A DNA stretch of 64,000 nt, from positions 1,612,001 through 1,676,000 of the forward strand of contig NW_026250404.1 in assembly GCF_024521635.1 (NCBI RefSeq), read 5' to 3'. The notes beneath the pieces were generated by a model. That model was not told the origin of the DNA and did not search any database. It saw only the letters and a program-made list of their open reading frames with translations. The first letter of the stretch is position 1; every line of letters starts with the position of its first letter. This DNA is from Tricharina praecox. Its lineage: Eukaryota. This document shows positions 21,539 through 32,902 of the stretch, in pieces. A program made the translations under genes and the position numbers.

Positions 21539-21955
21539 GGTTGCTGTTGTGCTTGGTGGTGGCGGTGGGGTGCTTGGTGGTTTGGGTTGTCGCGGGAGTG
21601 CTGCGGAAGAACCCGCAGACCCGCCAGTCAATCGGTAATTAGTACGTGCCAAGGCCGAGTGACGCATGATATCACCAATACCGGTATTTACCACCTTTAA
21701 GGCTCCATTCACCTATGGTAGTCTGGCTGGCTGGCGGTTTATGACAGACTAAATGGACGCGGAAGCTATTTCGTCACATAAACTCACTCATCGGTTGCTT
21801 CTACATGCCGTATGCAATAATAAATTGATCTCCCTCTCTCTATCCCCATCCTCCCATCCCGTAATCAACTTGACCGTATCTCGAAGAATTCTATATATCA
21901 TACATGAAACAAATCCATTGGTATCACTGAAAGCGTACAAAAATCTAAAACGAGC

Positions 21956-23425
21956 TCAAACAAGTAGCTTCCCACAATACTCTTGTGCATATGCCCTATA
22001 CCTCTGGAGCACATCCGTCTTCGCCAGACCGTCCTTCTGCACACCATACGCATAATGCGCCGCAAGTGCCTGCCCATTAACCACCACATCTGTCACAAAT
22101 CAGTATGCCGTGTTATGGAGAAACGGGGAGGGAGGGAACTAACGTCTCTTAGTAAGTCTAGAAACAACCTGTGTAAGATGGGCCTCATCGTCCCTAGGTA
22201 TCGGGAAAGCCTTGATCACGTCCTTCCCCCAGATAGTCACCATGTTGATGCTTAGGCGCTCATAGTTCATATCCCAGGTGTCAAATTGATACGCTGCCAG
22301 CCCTGTCGCGCCTTTCTCGGCGTTCTGGAAAAATGAGTAGTGCTGCTGTGCCGCCACTCGCCAGTCGTTCCATCCGGGGCCGAAGGCATTGTACTCTGTC
22401 CCGGAGACGGGGGTGAAGTCCATACTGACATCAGCGGGCAGCCAACGGTGCGGGTGAGCGGGGGTTATGTAGGCGTCTTCCGAGGCGATGGAAGACTTGA
22501 TGCGCGGGAGTTTGGATATTTTCCAGTCTGCGAGGTGAGCAACGGGGTTGAAGCCTTTGGGCGGCGTCATCTCTGGAAGGAAGGGGTGCACGGCGCCCAT
22601 ACGTGTGTGCACCCAAGATAGCTCCGGGTTATTGATTACGTTGGCGGAGATCATCAGGTACTCCGGATGTGTGATGCGGTATTGCACCAGCTGCGGGATC
22701 GCATCGTCGTGGATGTAAAGCTGCCGCCCATTAGCTACTTCCTCTCGAGGGAACATGGGGAGCATACAATATCATCGTCGATCTTGATATAAAGCACATC
22801 CGATTCCACACCCTCCCTACTCTCGTCAGCCTCCCATTCCACCCCGTCCAAAGCTGCACCCACCAAGCATTATGAAAGTCTAGCTTATCCTTGGTCGGCT
22901 TCATCTTACGACCACGAACGTATCCCTCCGGTTCGTTTTTCAAAATCTTCTCGAGCGCCGCGAGATCGTGCTCATCCGCCGTATTGGACACAAACACGAC
23001 CTTATCCAAAAACCCGCCATTCTTGACAAGATTTTTCTAACCCTCTTATCAGCCCCCTCCCTAGCACCTCTTTTCCCAGATAGACTCACTCGTAGATAAC
23101 AATCCAGCACTTGCACTCTATCCCACCTCCCATAGAACACCAACGCATGAACCTTGATCTCCGGGGGCTTCTCATACGTCGTTCCGTCGGCGAAGGTATA
23201 CGCTGGGCGGCCGCCCTTCCACCCCTTCCCTGTCGCAAACACGGGTGCTGGTATGGATGGCGAATCGGGTTTCTCCTCCGAGGTATGGTAATGCCGCGGC
23301 GTCCATGCCCAGATGCCCGCGAATAGGAGGAATATGAAGCCGGCGCCGACAATGCCCTGCAGCTTGCGGTTGGTCTTGAGGTGCGTGCCGAGTTGTTGGT
23401 ACTTGTAAGTGTATTGGGGCGCCAT
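21956..23425 (-). CDS. Type II membrane protein, putative GT-A-fold glycosyltransferase-like; multi-exon
   Basis: N-terminal TM (IVGAGFIFLLFAGIWAW); ALVFYGRWDRVQVLDCYL; LYIKIDDDI (DxD-like) reconstructed at an exon end; SANVINNP; ends YCGKLLV*. Confidence 0.6.
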
Positions 23426-23940
23426 CGCGGCGACGGGAAGCAGGTGTGTGAGAGGCGAAAGTGCTCAGGAGGCGGCGGCGGTGGGAGAAGCGATATTTAT
23501 CATGAGACGGAAAGGGTGCTCACAGGGCAAGGTTAAGGGCACAGCTCAGGACAATCTTTACGGAGCTCTGTGCGACGCGTAGGCAAGAATATGCATCCTT
23601 GTCGGATACGAAGATCTATAAGCGTCGCGATCTGCTTTGCTTTTTCTGCGACAACTTATGATACTAGGTATACATTTTAGCTTTTCGAAAGTCTTCATGT
23701 TCATTGTGTAGATACTAGGTATACATTGTATTCATTCAAGGATAGTTCATGTTGTTTCGTCATTTAGTCCACAGCTGAGTAACGCTGGTGTGTTGTGTTG
23801 CCGTCGTAGCTCAGCCCTGCGGAACCAAACGTGTCACCAACTTTTTAGAGCTCCAACTGAATCAACTCTCTGGCCTCCGTCGCCGCACACACCGCCTCAC
23901 AAGCACAACTCCGCTCCACCCCGCCGCGCCAGACCACACC

Positions 23941-24731
23941 ATGAATATCTTCCGGATCTCCGCAGATCTCTTCCACCTAGCGAGTATCTTCATCTTGCTG
24001 TATAAGATGAAAACATCGCGGGTGAGTGCGGGCTGAGAGGGGGGAGGTTGGATGAGGTGGGTGAGGGATAGGTAACTGATGTGACGACGATACTCTAGAC
24101 GTGCGCAGGAATCTCGCTCAAATCGCAATGTCTTTACCTCGTCGTCTATGTTACACGCTACCTCGGTTCGCCTCCTCCCCTCACTGTCTCCGGTGTGTTC
24201 GTGGGTGCGGGGTGAGGATAGGTACTGACCAAGTCAGACATCTTCACGACCTTCAACCGGTCCTACTACAACGACCTGATGAAGATATTCTTCGTCGCGT
24301 CTTCCGCCTACACAATCTACCTGATGACGACCACGTTCAAGCCCACGCACGACCCGGCCATCGACACCTTCCGCGTCGAGTTCCTCTTTCTCGGCGCCGG
24401 CCTGCTCGCCCTCGCCTTTCCGTACCAATACAGTTTCTCCGAGATCCTGTGGAGCTTCAGCATCTGGCTCGAGAGCGTTGCCATCCTTCCGCAGCTGTTC
24501 ATGGTCCAGCGAACGGGCGAGGCCGAAACCATCACGACGCACTATCTCTTCGCCCTGGGCGCCTACAGAGCGCTGTACATCCCGAACTGGATCTGGCGGT
24601 ATGTGGTTGAGGGACATGTGGACCACATCGCGCTGCTGGCGGGCATCGTGCAGACGGTGCTGTACTCCGACTTTTTCTACATATACTATACGAAGGTTAT
24701 GAAGGGGAAGAAGTTTGAGCTGCCGGTTTAG
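23941..24731 (+). CDS. ERD2: ER lumen protein-retaining (HDEL) receptor; 2 introns
   Basis: MNIFRISADLFHLASIFILL, CAGISLKSQ, WSFSIWLESVAILPQLFMVQRTGEAETITTHYLFALGAYRALYIPNWI and GKKFELPV*. Confidence 0.96.
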
Positions 24732-25237
24732 AGGATGGGGCAGCTGCCGGTTGGGTGGGGGGTGGGAACAGTGTACGCAATTCTTAATCCGCACCGAGTG
24801 TGCTCGTGGTGGGAGAACCTTGTTCGTCTGCCGCTCAGGGCTTTCCGACCTCCCAGGCGGCGGCGGCCCTTTAGGTGATGGCCTGTACCGTAAGAAGATC
24901 AAGCTAGCGGAGGTGTTGGTACATGTATGGAGGTGAGATGCTGGTAGGCGAATTTTTGGTGCGTAGCGGGCGTGTTCTTCTGTCCTCCTCCGTACCTTTC
25001 TCTCGGTCGCTATTATGGTGTGCGATTGAAGTGGCCTGAAGGTCATCAAACATGGTGACATTGCATTCATGTGCCAGTCAATTCCATTTCCCCTCACTAC
25101 TCTACATGACCATCGATACAACGTAGGCAATTGGTATTTGGTATATATTACACCACCGCAAGAAAGCATCTGTCCACAGGGAGAAAAGAACAAGAAAAGG
25201 CATAAACACATCTTAGATCACTCCACCGCCTACACTT

Positions 25238-27924
25238 CTATTCCGCCATCTCAACGTCCTCATCCTCTTCCTCGTCGTCTGCACCAATGAACGTAAGTTT
25301 CGTGCCGTTCTCACTAATCTGCCACACATCCAGCCCCTCGTACTCCTCTACACACTTGACCAACGCGTCCTCGGTGAATCCCTTTGCCAGAACACGCTCG
25401 CGGATGACACGCATGAGGACCTCGCTGCCCTTACCGGCCGCGGTGCGGATGATCCGGTAGATCTTGGAGGACATCGTCACGTCAGCACCAGTGTGCGAGT
25501 CGGTGTCGTACAGAGATGCCTTGGAGACTTCGATCAGACGGAGCGCCTCGTCGACGTCTTCCATCACGACGGTATCGGAGAGGCGCAATCGTGCCAGGGC
25601 CTGGGCCAAACGCAAGATACCTAGAAGGGTACGGGGCGAAGTGTGCGAGAAGTGCCTGGACTACAATTAGAAAGCATTCTGATGGGCGGAATTGGGGGGA
25701 TCTTACTTCTTGCCACCCTCCTCCTGCTTCCCCAGCTGCCGTAAACGAACATACGCCTGGGTGACGTAGTCCGCAACTTCCTTGGGCACGGTGGGACGGT
25801 GCTGCCTAGCCTGCGCAATGTATGCCCTCATCTCTGCTGGCGACAGAGGCTCAAAGTCCATCTCGGGGTGTCGGTTCTCCATGTGAACGAAGGTAACGTG
25901 GCGAGCAAGCTCCTCATCGTTCTCGCGAGTAGGGGTATCCAAGATCAGAAACAGGATGTCGAAACGAGAGAGAAGGGCAGCGGGTAGATTGATGTTCTCA
26001 ACGGGTGAGATCTTGGGGTTGTAACGGCCGTAGAGGGGATTGGCGGCTGCAAGGATCGATGTACGTGCGTTCAGTGAAGTCGTGATACCGGCTTTGGAAA
26101 TCGAGATGGTCTGCTGTTCCATGACTTCGTGGATAGCTGTACGATCCGAGTCGTCCATTTTGTCGAACTCATCGATACAACAGATACCATTGTCGGCCAG
26201 AACTAGGGCACCTCCCTCCAGCACCATCTCGTCTGTGACGGGATCCCGCATGACCGCAGCAGTCAAACCGACTCCCGAGGAACCACGACCAGAAGTGTAA
26301 ATACCTCTGGGCGCAACCTTGGTGATGTACTTGAGTAATTGCGACTTGGCCACACCGGGATCTCCCATGAGACAGACGTTGATATCACCACGAATCTTCA
26401 TTCCATCGCCCATTTCCTTGGTCACACCACCGATGAGAAGAAGCAGAAGACATTTCTTGACATCTTCGTGGCCAAAGATTTCTGGTGCGATCGAACGTGA
26501 AAGTGTGTCGTACAAGTTGCCGTGGCTGCGGAGCTCCTCGAAACGTTGCCTGGTCTTCGCATCAAGACCGACTTCATCATACTGCTTCTTGTGCTGCTCA
26601 GCGTGTTGCAGCTCAAGGTAGGTATCCGTCAGCAACCCCGCCTTGATGGCCTTAAACCCGGTGTAAGGTGTCGGCAAGAAGATTCCGGCCATATCGACAA
26701 TGTCACCCGGATTGACGGTACGGCACAGCTCACCGTGAGCCTGAATTGTAAGACTGCGGGGTATGTGACCGACGGGCACTTGTTCCGCCAACTCCTGAAT
26801 CTTGATTTCCTGGAAGGCCAGGAATTTCGAAGCACGAGTGGATGGAAAGAGCTGTCCCCTGGCTTGGTTGTCCTGGCACTCTTTCGACGGACAATCAATC
26901 ATTGGTGTAAAAGACTTTGTCTTGATCTCCTGGAAGATTTCGCTTCCGCATCGATCACATGTGTATGCATTGACAATGACGGCCGGTTTGACGTCCGAAA
27001 CTCGAGTCGCAATACCCCGGACAGTTATGAGATGTCCCAAATGTTCACCACGGACCTGGCGCACCGCCAGTGCTTTGTTTCCGGAGCCGCTTGGGTGTAG
27101 GGGTTTGAAGAAGACCTGGTATCGGCGGGTCAACTCGGCGGGGAAGTACTGAGGCTGGCCATCGAAAGCCGCCGAGCCATCCTCCTGCCGAGTCTCAGCG
27201 GCAGCATTGCGAGCGCGGCGCTGGGCGAGGATAATATCGAGAACATCGTCGTTATATCTTGAGGACGTCAGCCTGGGAGTGCAGCGCGACAAAGACACAT
27301 CATCGGGGGTCGTACGTGGAATCCACTGATGTTGGCGGCATCACAGCATCGATCGCTCTCGAGAAGATGTCGATGTAGTGTGCAGTGTTCTCTTGTATCG
27401 ACTTGACCAAGCGAAGGGACTCTGGACTATTTGCCTCGTACTGGAGCATCGTCAGACCCAACCCTCATCTTTAGTCCGGGTGATCAACGCACCTCCTTCA
27501 GATCCTCCAAATCGATGACAACGGATGGCCGCTCACGGTTCGCGATTTCCTGGAGAAGCTCCATGTACTTGGGCTTGAGTTCTGGCTCTGGTTGCCGTTG
27601 TCGAGGAGCTCTCTGTGCCTTCCTCCCGCCACGACGCCGCGGCGTGTCCTGAATTTCTTCCTCATCATCGACCACCTGCAGATTGGATAGCGCATCGCGA
27701 GCGGCTTCTTCGGTGGACCGTGTGGATTTGAAACTTTTTAGGAAGTCCTGGAATGCCGCTACAACAACATTTACTTGTCAGCTATCGTGGTTCCGCATGT
27801 CCCCTGGACTGACGTCCCTCCAATTGCCACGCCAGTCTCTTTGGGAAGGGTATAGTGGCATGTGAAACAACGCACCTTGTTGCTGATCATAATCGATCCC
27901 GATGTCAATGACTGGAAGAGCCAT
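25238..27924 (-). CDS. MCM7: DNA replication licensing factor Mcm7; multi-exon
   Basis: Zn motif [27 protein letters not shown], Walker [21 protein letters not shown], arginine finger LSRFD and C-terminal VLAKGFTE. Confidence 0.95.
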
Positions 27925-28074
27925 AGGTCACGATGAGTAGGGAATGTAGCGAGTGGTCTTGGAAGTGGTGATTATCGGTTGGTATTGTTTGGGGGAGTTG
28001 GTGGTTTGTTGTCTTGGGGACGGGCGAGGGTAAAGTACAGTGGAGTAGAGTAAGGTAAAGTACAGTAGATCGTC

Positions 28075-28092
28075 AAAACGCGTCGCGCGTTT
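28075..28092. promoter_or_regulatory. Tandem MCB-like elements upstream of MCM7
   Basis: AAAACGCGTCGCGCGTTT: a perfect ACGCGT (28078-28083) and an adjacent CGCG core ~155 bp upstream of the MCM7 ATG. Confidence 0.55.
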
Positions 28093-28640
28093 GGGCTTGG
28101 GGGGCTTGGAGGGCAGTTTCGTTCCTGGCTCAAGGCTTTGGCTGCCATTCCAGACTGCCTCTTCCGCCAGCCAGCCAGCCAATCATATCACCACTTACTT
28201 CGCTGCCACTCCTCGATCATGCCGCCATACGTTTTCGAGTCTAGGGTGTTTGCACCTTCCTCCGCATCCTCCTATGCTTTATGATTCGGTGCCGAAACAG
28301 TTCTTCACGAACTCAAGCACACCCACATGGCATGCTGCTCCATTACCTCGGTCACGGCCAGCTGCTCTAGTTAGTGGTTAGATCCAACTACAAGTGAGGC
28401 ACCACCACCACCTCCGCCACCACCTCCGCCACCACTACCACCGTGGCTGATCGCCGAATTGCCGGCCCGTGGTCTCAGTTGTCTGCACAAGAGAACTCGG
28501 CCTACCTACTCTACCTACTTGTACCTTCTAGTGCACGTGTATGTACCTATCACAAGCAGCAACATCACATCCACCGTGCCGACTTCTACATACGCGCCCC
28601 TCACCCATCCCCATAACCATCACCAACCATCACACCAACG

Positions 28641-31600
28641 ATGCCTCACGCCGCCTCCGCCAACCGCCCTCCGTCAACACCGGCAACAGTGTTCCTGACT
28701 CCGCTTAAGAACTGCCTGCTGAACCTCCCAGCCTCACTCGTCTCAGTGCTCGTCTCCCAGAACACCCCCGCCCAGAATGTAGTCGTCGAGATTACCTTCC
28801 GCGGCTCGACCATGGGCAGCGCTTCGTCCTCGCAGCGCACAGCGTACGCGGGATGGACGGGAATGCAGAGCAAGCGGAAGCCGACGGCTGGCACGCCCAT
28901 GCGCGCCGGCGAGGACGCAGTAATAGAGATGGATCCGGCATTGGCAAAGAACATAGGAGTGACAGAGGGGTCTAAGGTAGCAACTGATCTTCACGCCATG
29001 GCTCAATGTTATAGTTCTAAGCTTGTGAAAACTAGGTATCCATCCAGATACACGTTGATCCGCCGGCAGCGCACACCCTCCACATTGAACCTCTCACGGC
29101 GAGCGATTGGGAGATCATCGAATTGCACGCGTCATTCCTCGAGCTCAACTTGCTATCCCAGATCCGTTGTGTGACCACCGCCCACCCGCTCTCGGTGTAC
29201 CTCTCGCCCACGTCGACCGCGTCTATACGGCTGACGAAGGTGGAGCCCGAGTCCGCGCTGTCTGGCCCTAACGGCTTCGCCAAGATCTCTCCCGACGCAG
29301 AAATCATTGTTGCGCCGAAGACCAGACAGCGGCGGCCTAGTAGGGGCGCAAAATCGACTACGAGTACAGCTCGGACCTCTACGAGGAGAAGACCTGAAGG
29401 TGCCTCCGTGTCTACGGGAAAGACGGCGCTATTCTTGAGGGGCGTGGTGCTGCCGACTGTGCGGCATGTCCCAGTTGCGGACGAGGAGCCCGATCATGAG
29501 GAGGAGAATGACGAAATGAATGGTGGGGGCCGTGGTTTCACGGTGTATCTGGACCCCAGTGCGATCGCATCAAAGCAGCTGCGGAACACGTCGAAGGTTG
29601 TGGTGTCGATTGTTCGGCCGCCGTCGCTGCTACCTCCGAAGGACCCTTCGCAGCAGCAACAGGAACAACAGGGCGACAAGGACAAGGACAAGAAAGATTC
29701 CGAGATTGCCGCGGCGACAAAGATAGTAGCCAACGTCCGACCGTGGGATTTTGCGCCGGATGCGAAACATGTAGCACTCTCCCGTCTTTTGGCAGCTTCC
29801 CTCCATCTCTTCGAAGGAGAAGTCGGTCCCATGGTGCGCCTTGAGGCCGCGCTGCAGCCGGTTCCTCACAAGATACTCGCCAAGGTCAAGATACATCCGT
29901 TTACGAAGGGGGGCAAGGAGGACGGCGTGAGATGGGGCGGAGGAACCAAACGATTGGAGGAAATGGCCATCTCTCGAATCCAGGACGTATTGGGACCCAA
30001 ACGGCTGCGGAACGGCACAAATGCGATGATTGAGGAGGACTTGGCTTCTGTTTCTCCCGGCGAGGGTATTCTAGAGGGCCCGCTTACCGATGGTATGGTG
30101 CTTCCGGCGATCGAGGACTCGCCGATTGCCTCCGGTGGAATAATCAAACTCGAGGTCACAACGATCGAGGGAGCCGATGCTTCTCAAGCACCGTTGTTGA
30201 AATGGTTCATGGCCGGTGACAAGAGACCTACTATCGAGATTGCCTCACATATCCCCAAACCACCGGCGCCAGCGGTTCCGGAGACAATGTTTGTGCCGGA
30301 TGAAGAGGACGAAGTGGTTGGGGTAGATGCTGTTCTCCAATCGGTTACCGAGAACCTTCTTTCTGCGTCGTCGGTGCTTTTGGCTGGTGCTCACGGTTCT
30401 GGTAAAACCTCCGTCGTGCGGTTGATTGCGAAGAGGTTGTCCGGCGCACCGCACTTTTACCGGGTAGTTGACCCTGGGACGCTCTCTAAACTCGCGGATG
30501 AGCGAGTAGCTGTGGTTAAAGAGAATCTCATCCGGTGGTTGTCGGAGGCAACTTGGATGGCAGGCAAATCATCTCGCAGTATTCTACTCCTGGATGATCT
30601 GGACCGGTTATGCGCCACTGAATCCGAAAATCAGGACAACTCGCGGGTTCGACAGCTCGCAGAAGTTGTTGTTTCCACTATCAAGAAATTTACAGCTGGC
30701 AAATTGGTGGTTGTCCTCGGTAGTTGCCAGGCAAAGGAGAGTCTCCACAGTCATCTGGTTAGCACCCATGTTTTCCGGGAAACCATCGCCCTGAAGGCCA
30801 TGACCAAGGAGGGTAGACGGACGGTACTGGAGGGAATCGTAGCTACCCGTGGCGGCGTGCATCCGAGTCTGGACTTCCGGTTGATTTCAGCCAAAACCGA
30901 GGGATACATGCCAGGTGATCTCGCGCTCCTTGTGGATCGTGCTCGCCACGAAGCTGTAGTTCGACTGGTCGATAGCTCCGACTCCACGGTCGTTAATTCG
31001 CTGGTGCTGGGACCCGAGGACTTTGATTCCGCACTAGCCGGCTTTGTCCCTGCTGGTCTCCGCGGTGTCAAACTACAGACCTCCGGAGCTGGCTGGAAAG
31101 ACATTGGAGGTCTGAAGGAAACACGAAAGATCCTCCTTGAAACTCTCGAATGGCCAACCAAATACGCGCCGATCTTCGCCTCCTGTCCCCTCCGCCTCCG
31201 TTCCGGTCTCCTACTCTACGGCTACCCGGGTTGTGGAAAGACTCTCCTTGCGTCCGCCGTCGCCGGCGAATGCGGCCTGAACTTCATCTCAGTCAAGGGT
31301 CCCGAGATCCTCAACAAGTACATCGGAGCCTCCGAAAAGTCCGTGCGTGACCTTTTCGAGCGCGCCTCGGGTGCAAAGCCGTGCGTGCTGTTCTTTGACG
31401 AATTCGACTCGATCGCTCCGAAGCGTGGACACGACTCTACGGGTGTTACCGACCGTGTGGTCAACCAGATGTTGACGCAGATGGACGGAGCCGAGGGATT
31501 GGACGGCGTCTACGTCCTTGCCGCCACCAGCAGACCGGACTTGATCGATCCCGCGCTACTACGTCCCGGACGTCTGGATAAATCCTTGATCTGCGATCTC

Positions 31601-32242
31601 CCCAACGAAGAGGACAGACTCGACATCATCCATGCGGTCGGTGGCAAGGTGCACTTCGATACCGACGTGGATTTGGCAGAAATTGCGAAGAGGACGGAGG
31701 GATACAGTGGGGCGGATTTGCAGGCTGTTGTGTATAATGCCCATCTTGAGGCGGTACAGGGTGTTATCAGCGAGGAGATCAAGAAGAAGGAAGCTATGGA
31801 GGAGAAGCCGGCGGATGATGAAGAAGATGTGGAGTTCTTGGAGTTTGTCTGGGGGGATGCCAAAGGGAAGTCGAAGGGCCTCGACCGCAGGGCCAAAGGG
31901 AAAGAGAGGGGGTTGCTGGTTGAGAAGGTATGCCACTCGCTCACTACACTCGCTCATACACTGCTAACTGAGATATAGATCCAATCCCTTAAATCCTCTA
32001 AATCCGGTAAGAAGTTCACCGACAAACCAGCGGGCGGCGACGCAGAGGAAGGAAAGAAGGAGGATATCTTGATCAAATGGCACCATGTCGAGACGTCGCT
32101 GCAGTCCACCCGACCCAGTATCTCTCAGCAGGAGCAGATCCGACTCAAGAAGATTTACGACGAGTTTATAGGCGCGCGCAACGGCGAGATGCCAAGCGGA
32201 CAGGGTAGCACCGAGGTCGGTGGGCGGAGCAGCTTGATGTAA
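28641..32242 (+). CDS. PEX1: Peroxin Pex1 AAA+ ATPase; 2 introns
   Basis: N-terminal LKNCLLNLPASLV and EPLTASDWEIIELHA. D1 motifs GAHGSGKT/LLDDLD; D2 motifs LEWPTKYAPIF, GYPGCGKT, FFDEFDSIAPKRGHDSTGVTDRVVNQ. Ends GGRSSLM*. Confidence 0.95.
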
Positions 32243-32440
32243 TTGAGTCACGAGCGGGAGCACATACACATTGTTTATTTCGGCTTTTGTCCTTTTTATC
32301 CTTTTTATTTTACTTTGCGCGCATTTAATACCATGTATCTCGTCCGCCGATCACCGTAGGCTCGCTCATAATCGGCATAGCAATAATAGAAACCGCATCT
32401 CACCTCCTTCACGCAGTTATGCGGTTATGCGGCTATGCGG

Positions 32441-32902
32441 TTACGCAGTATAAAAAACCTCCTCAAGCCCCTTCCACCATCCGGGCCCCTCCGCGCTCCC
32501 CACGGCGCCCTCGACGGGGCTCTCCTGCATCCCGTCCGTCATCGCCCACCACTCGCGCACCCGCGGGTTCGCCGCCATCTTGACCATGTCCGCCTCGTAG
32601 TCATCGCCGACATACTTGAATGTTGCGAACAACGTGCGCTCGTTGTCGAAGAATATGGAGTCTAATCGCCGATGTCAGCGAGAGAAGAGAGAGAGTGGGG
32701 GAGGCAGTGAGGGAGGGAGGGGGGGAGAGGGGGAAAGACAGTCGATGATGTTGCAGTCTCGGATCTGCTGCAGGACTTCGGGCCAGACCGCTGCGTGGCA
32801 CGCCTTGTACGCTTCGACCTGCGAGGGCCGGAGGTGCACTATTTGCGCGATGCGGCGGACGTTTTTGGGAGCGCTGGTGGTGGTGGAGGCGGAGGCGGAC
32901 AT
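32441..32902 (-). CDS. L-rhamnose mutarotase-like (RhaM/YiiL/DUF718) protein; 1 intron
   Basis: YKACHAAVWPEVLQQIRDCNIIDYSIF, MAANPRVREWW and W..LEEVFY match the family pattern. Confidence 0.82.

Noticed and set aside
1..27924. Functional cluster of genome-maintenance or exosome genes (MTR4, SKI8, RAD52, RecQ, MCM7)
   Set aside because: They are interspersed with unrelated housekeeping genes; chance co-location cannot be excluded without synteny data.
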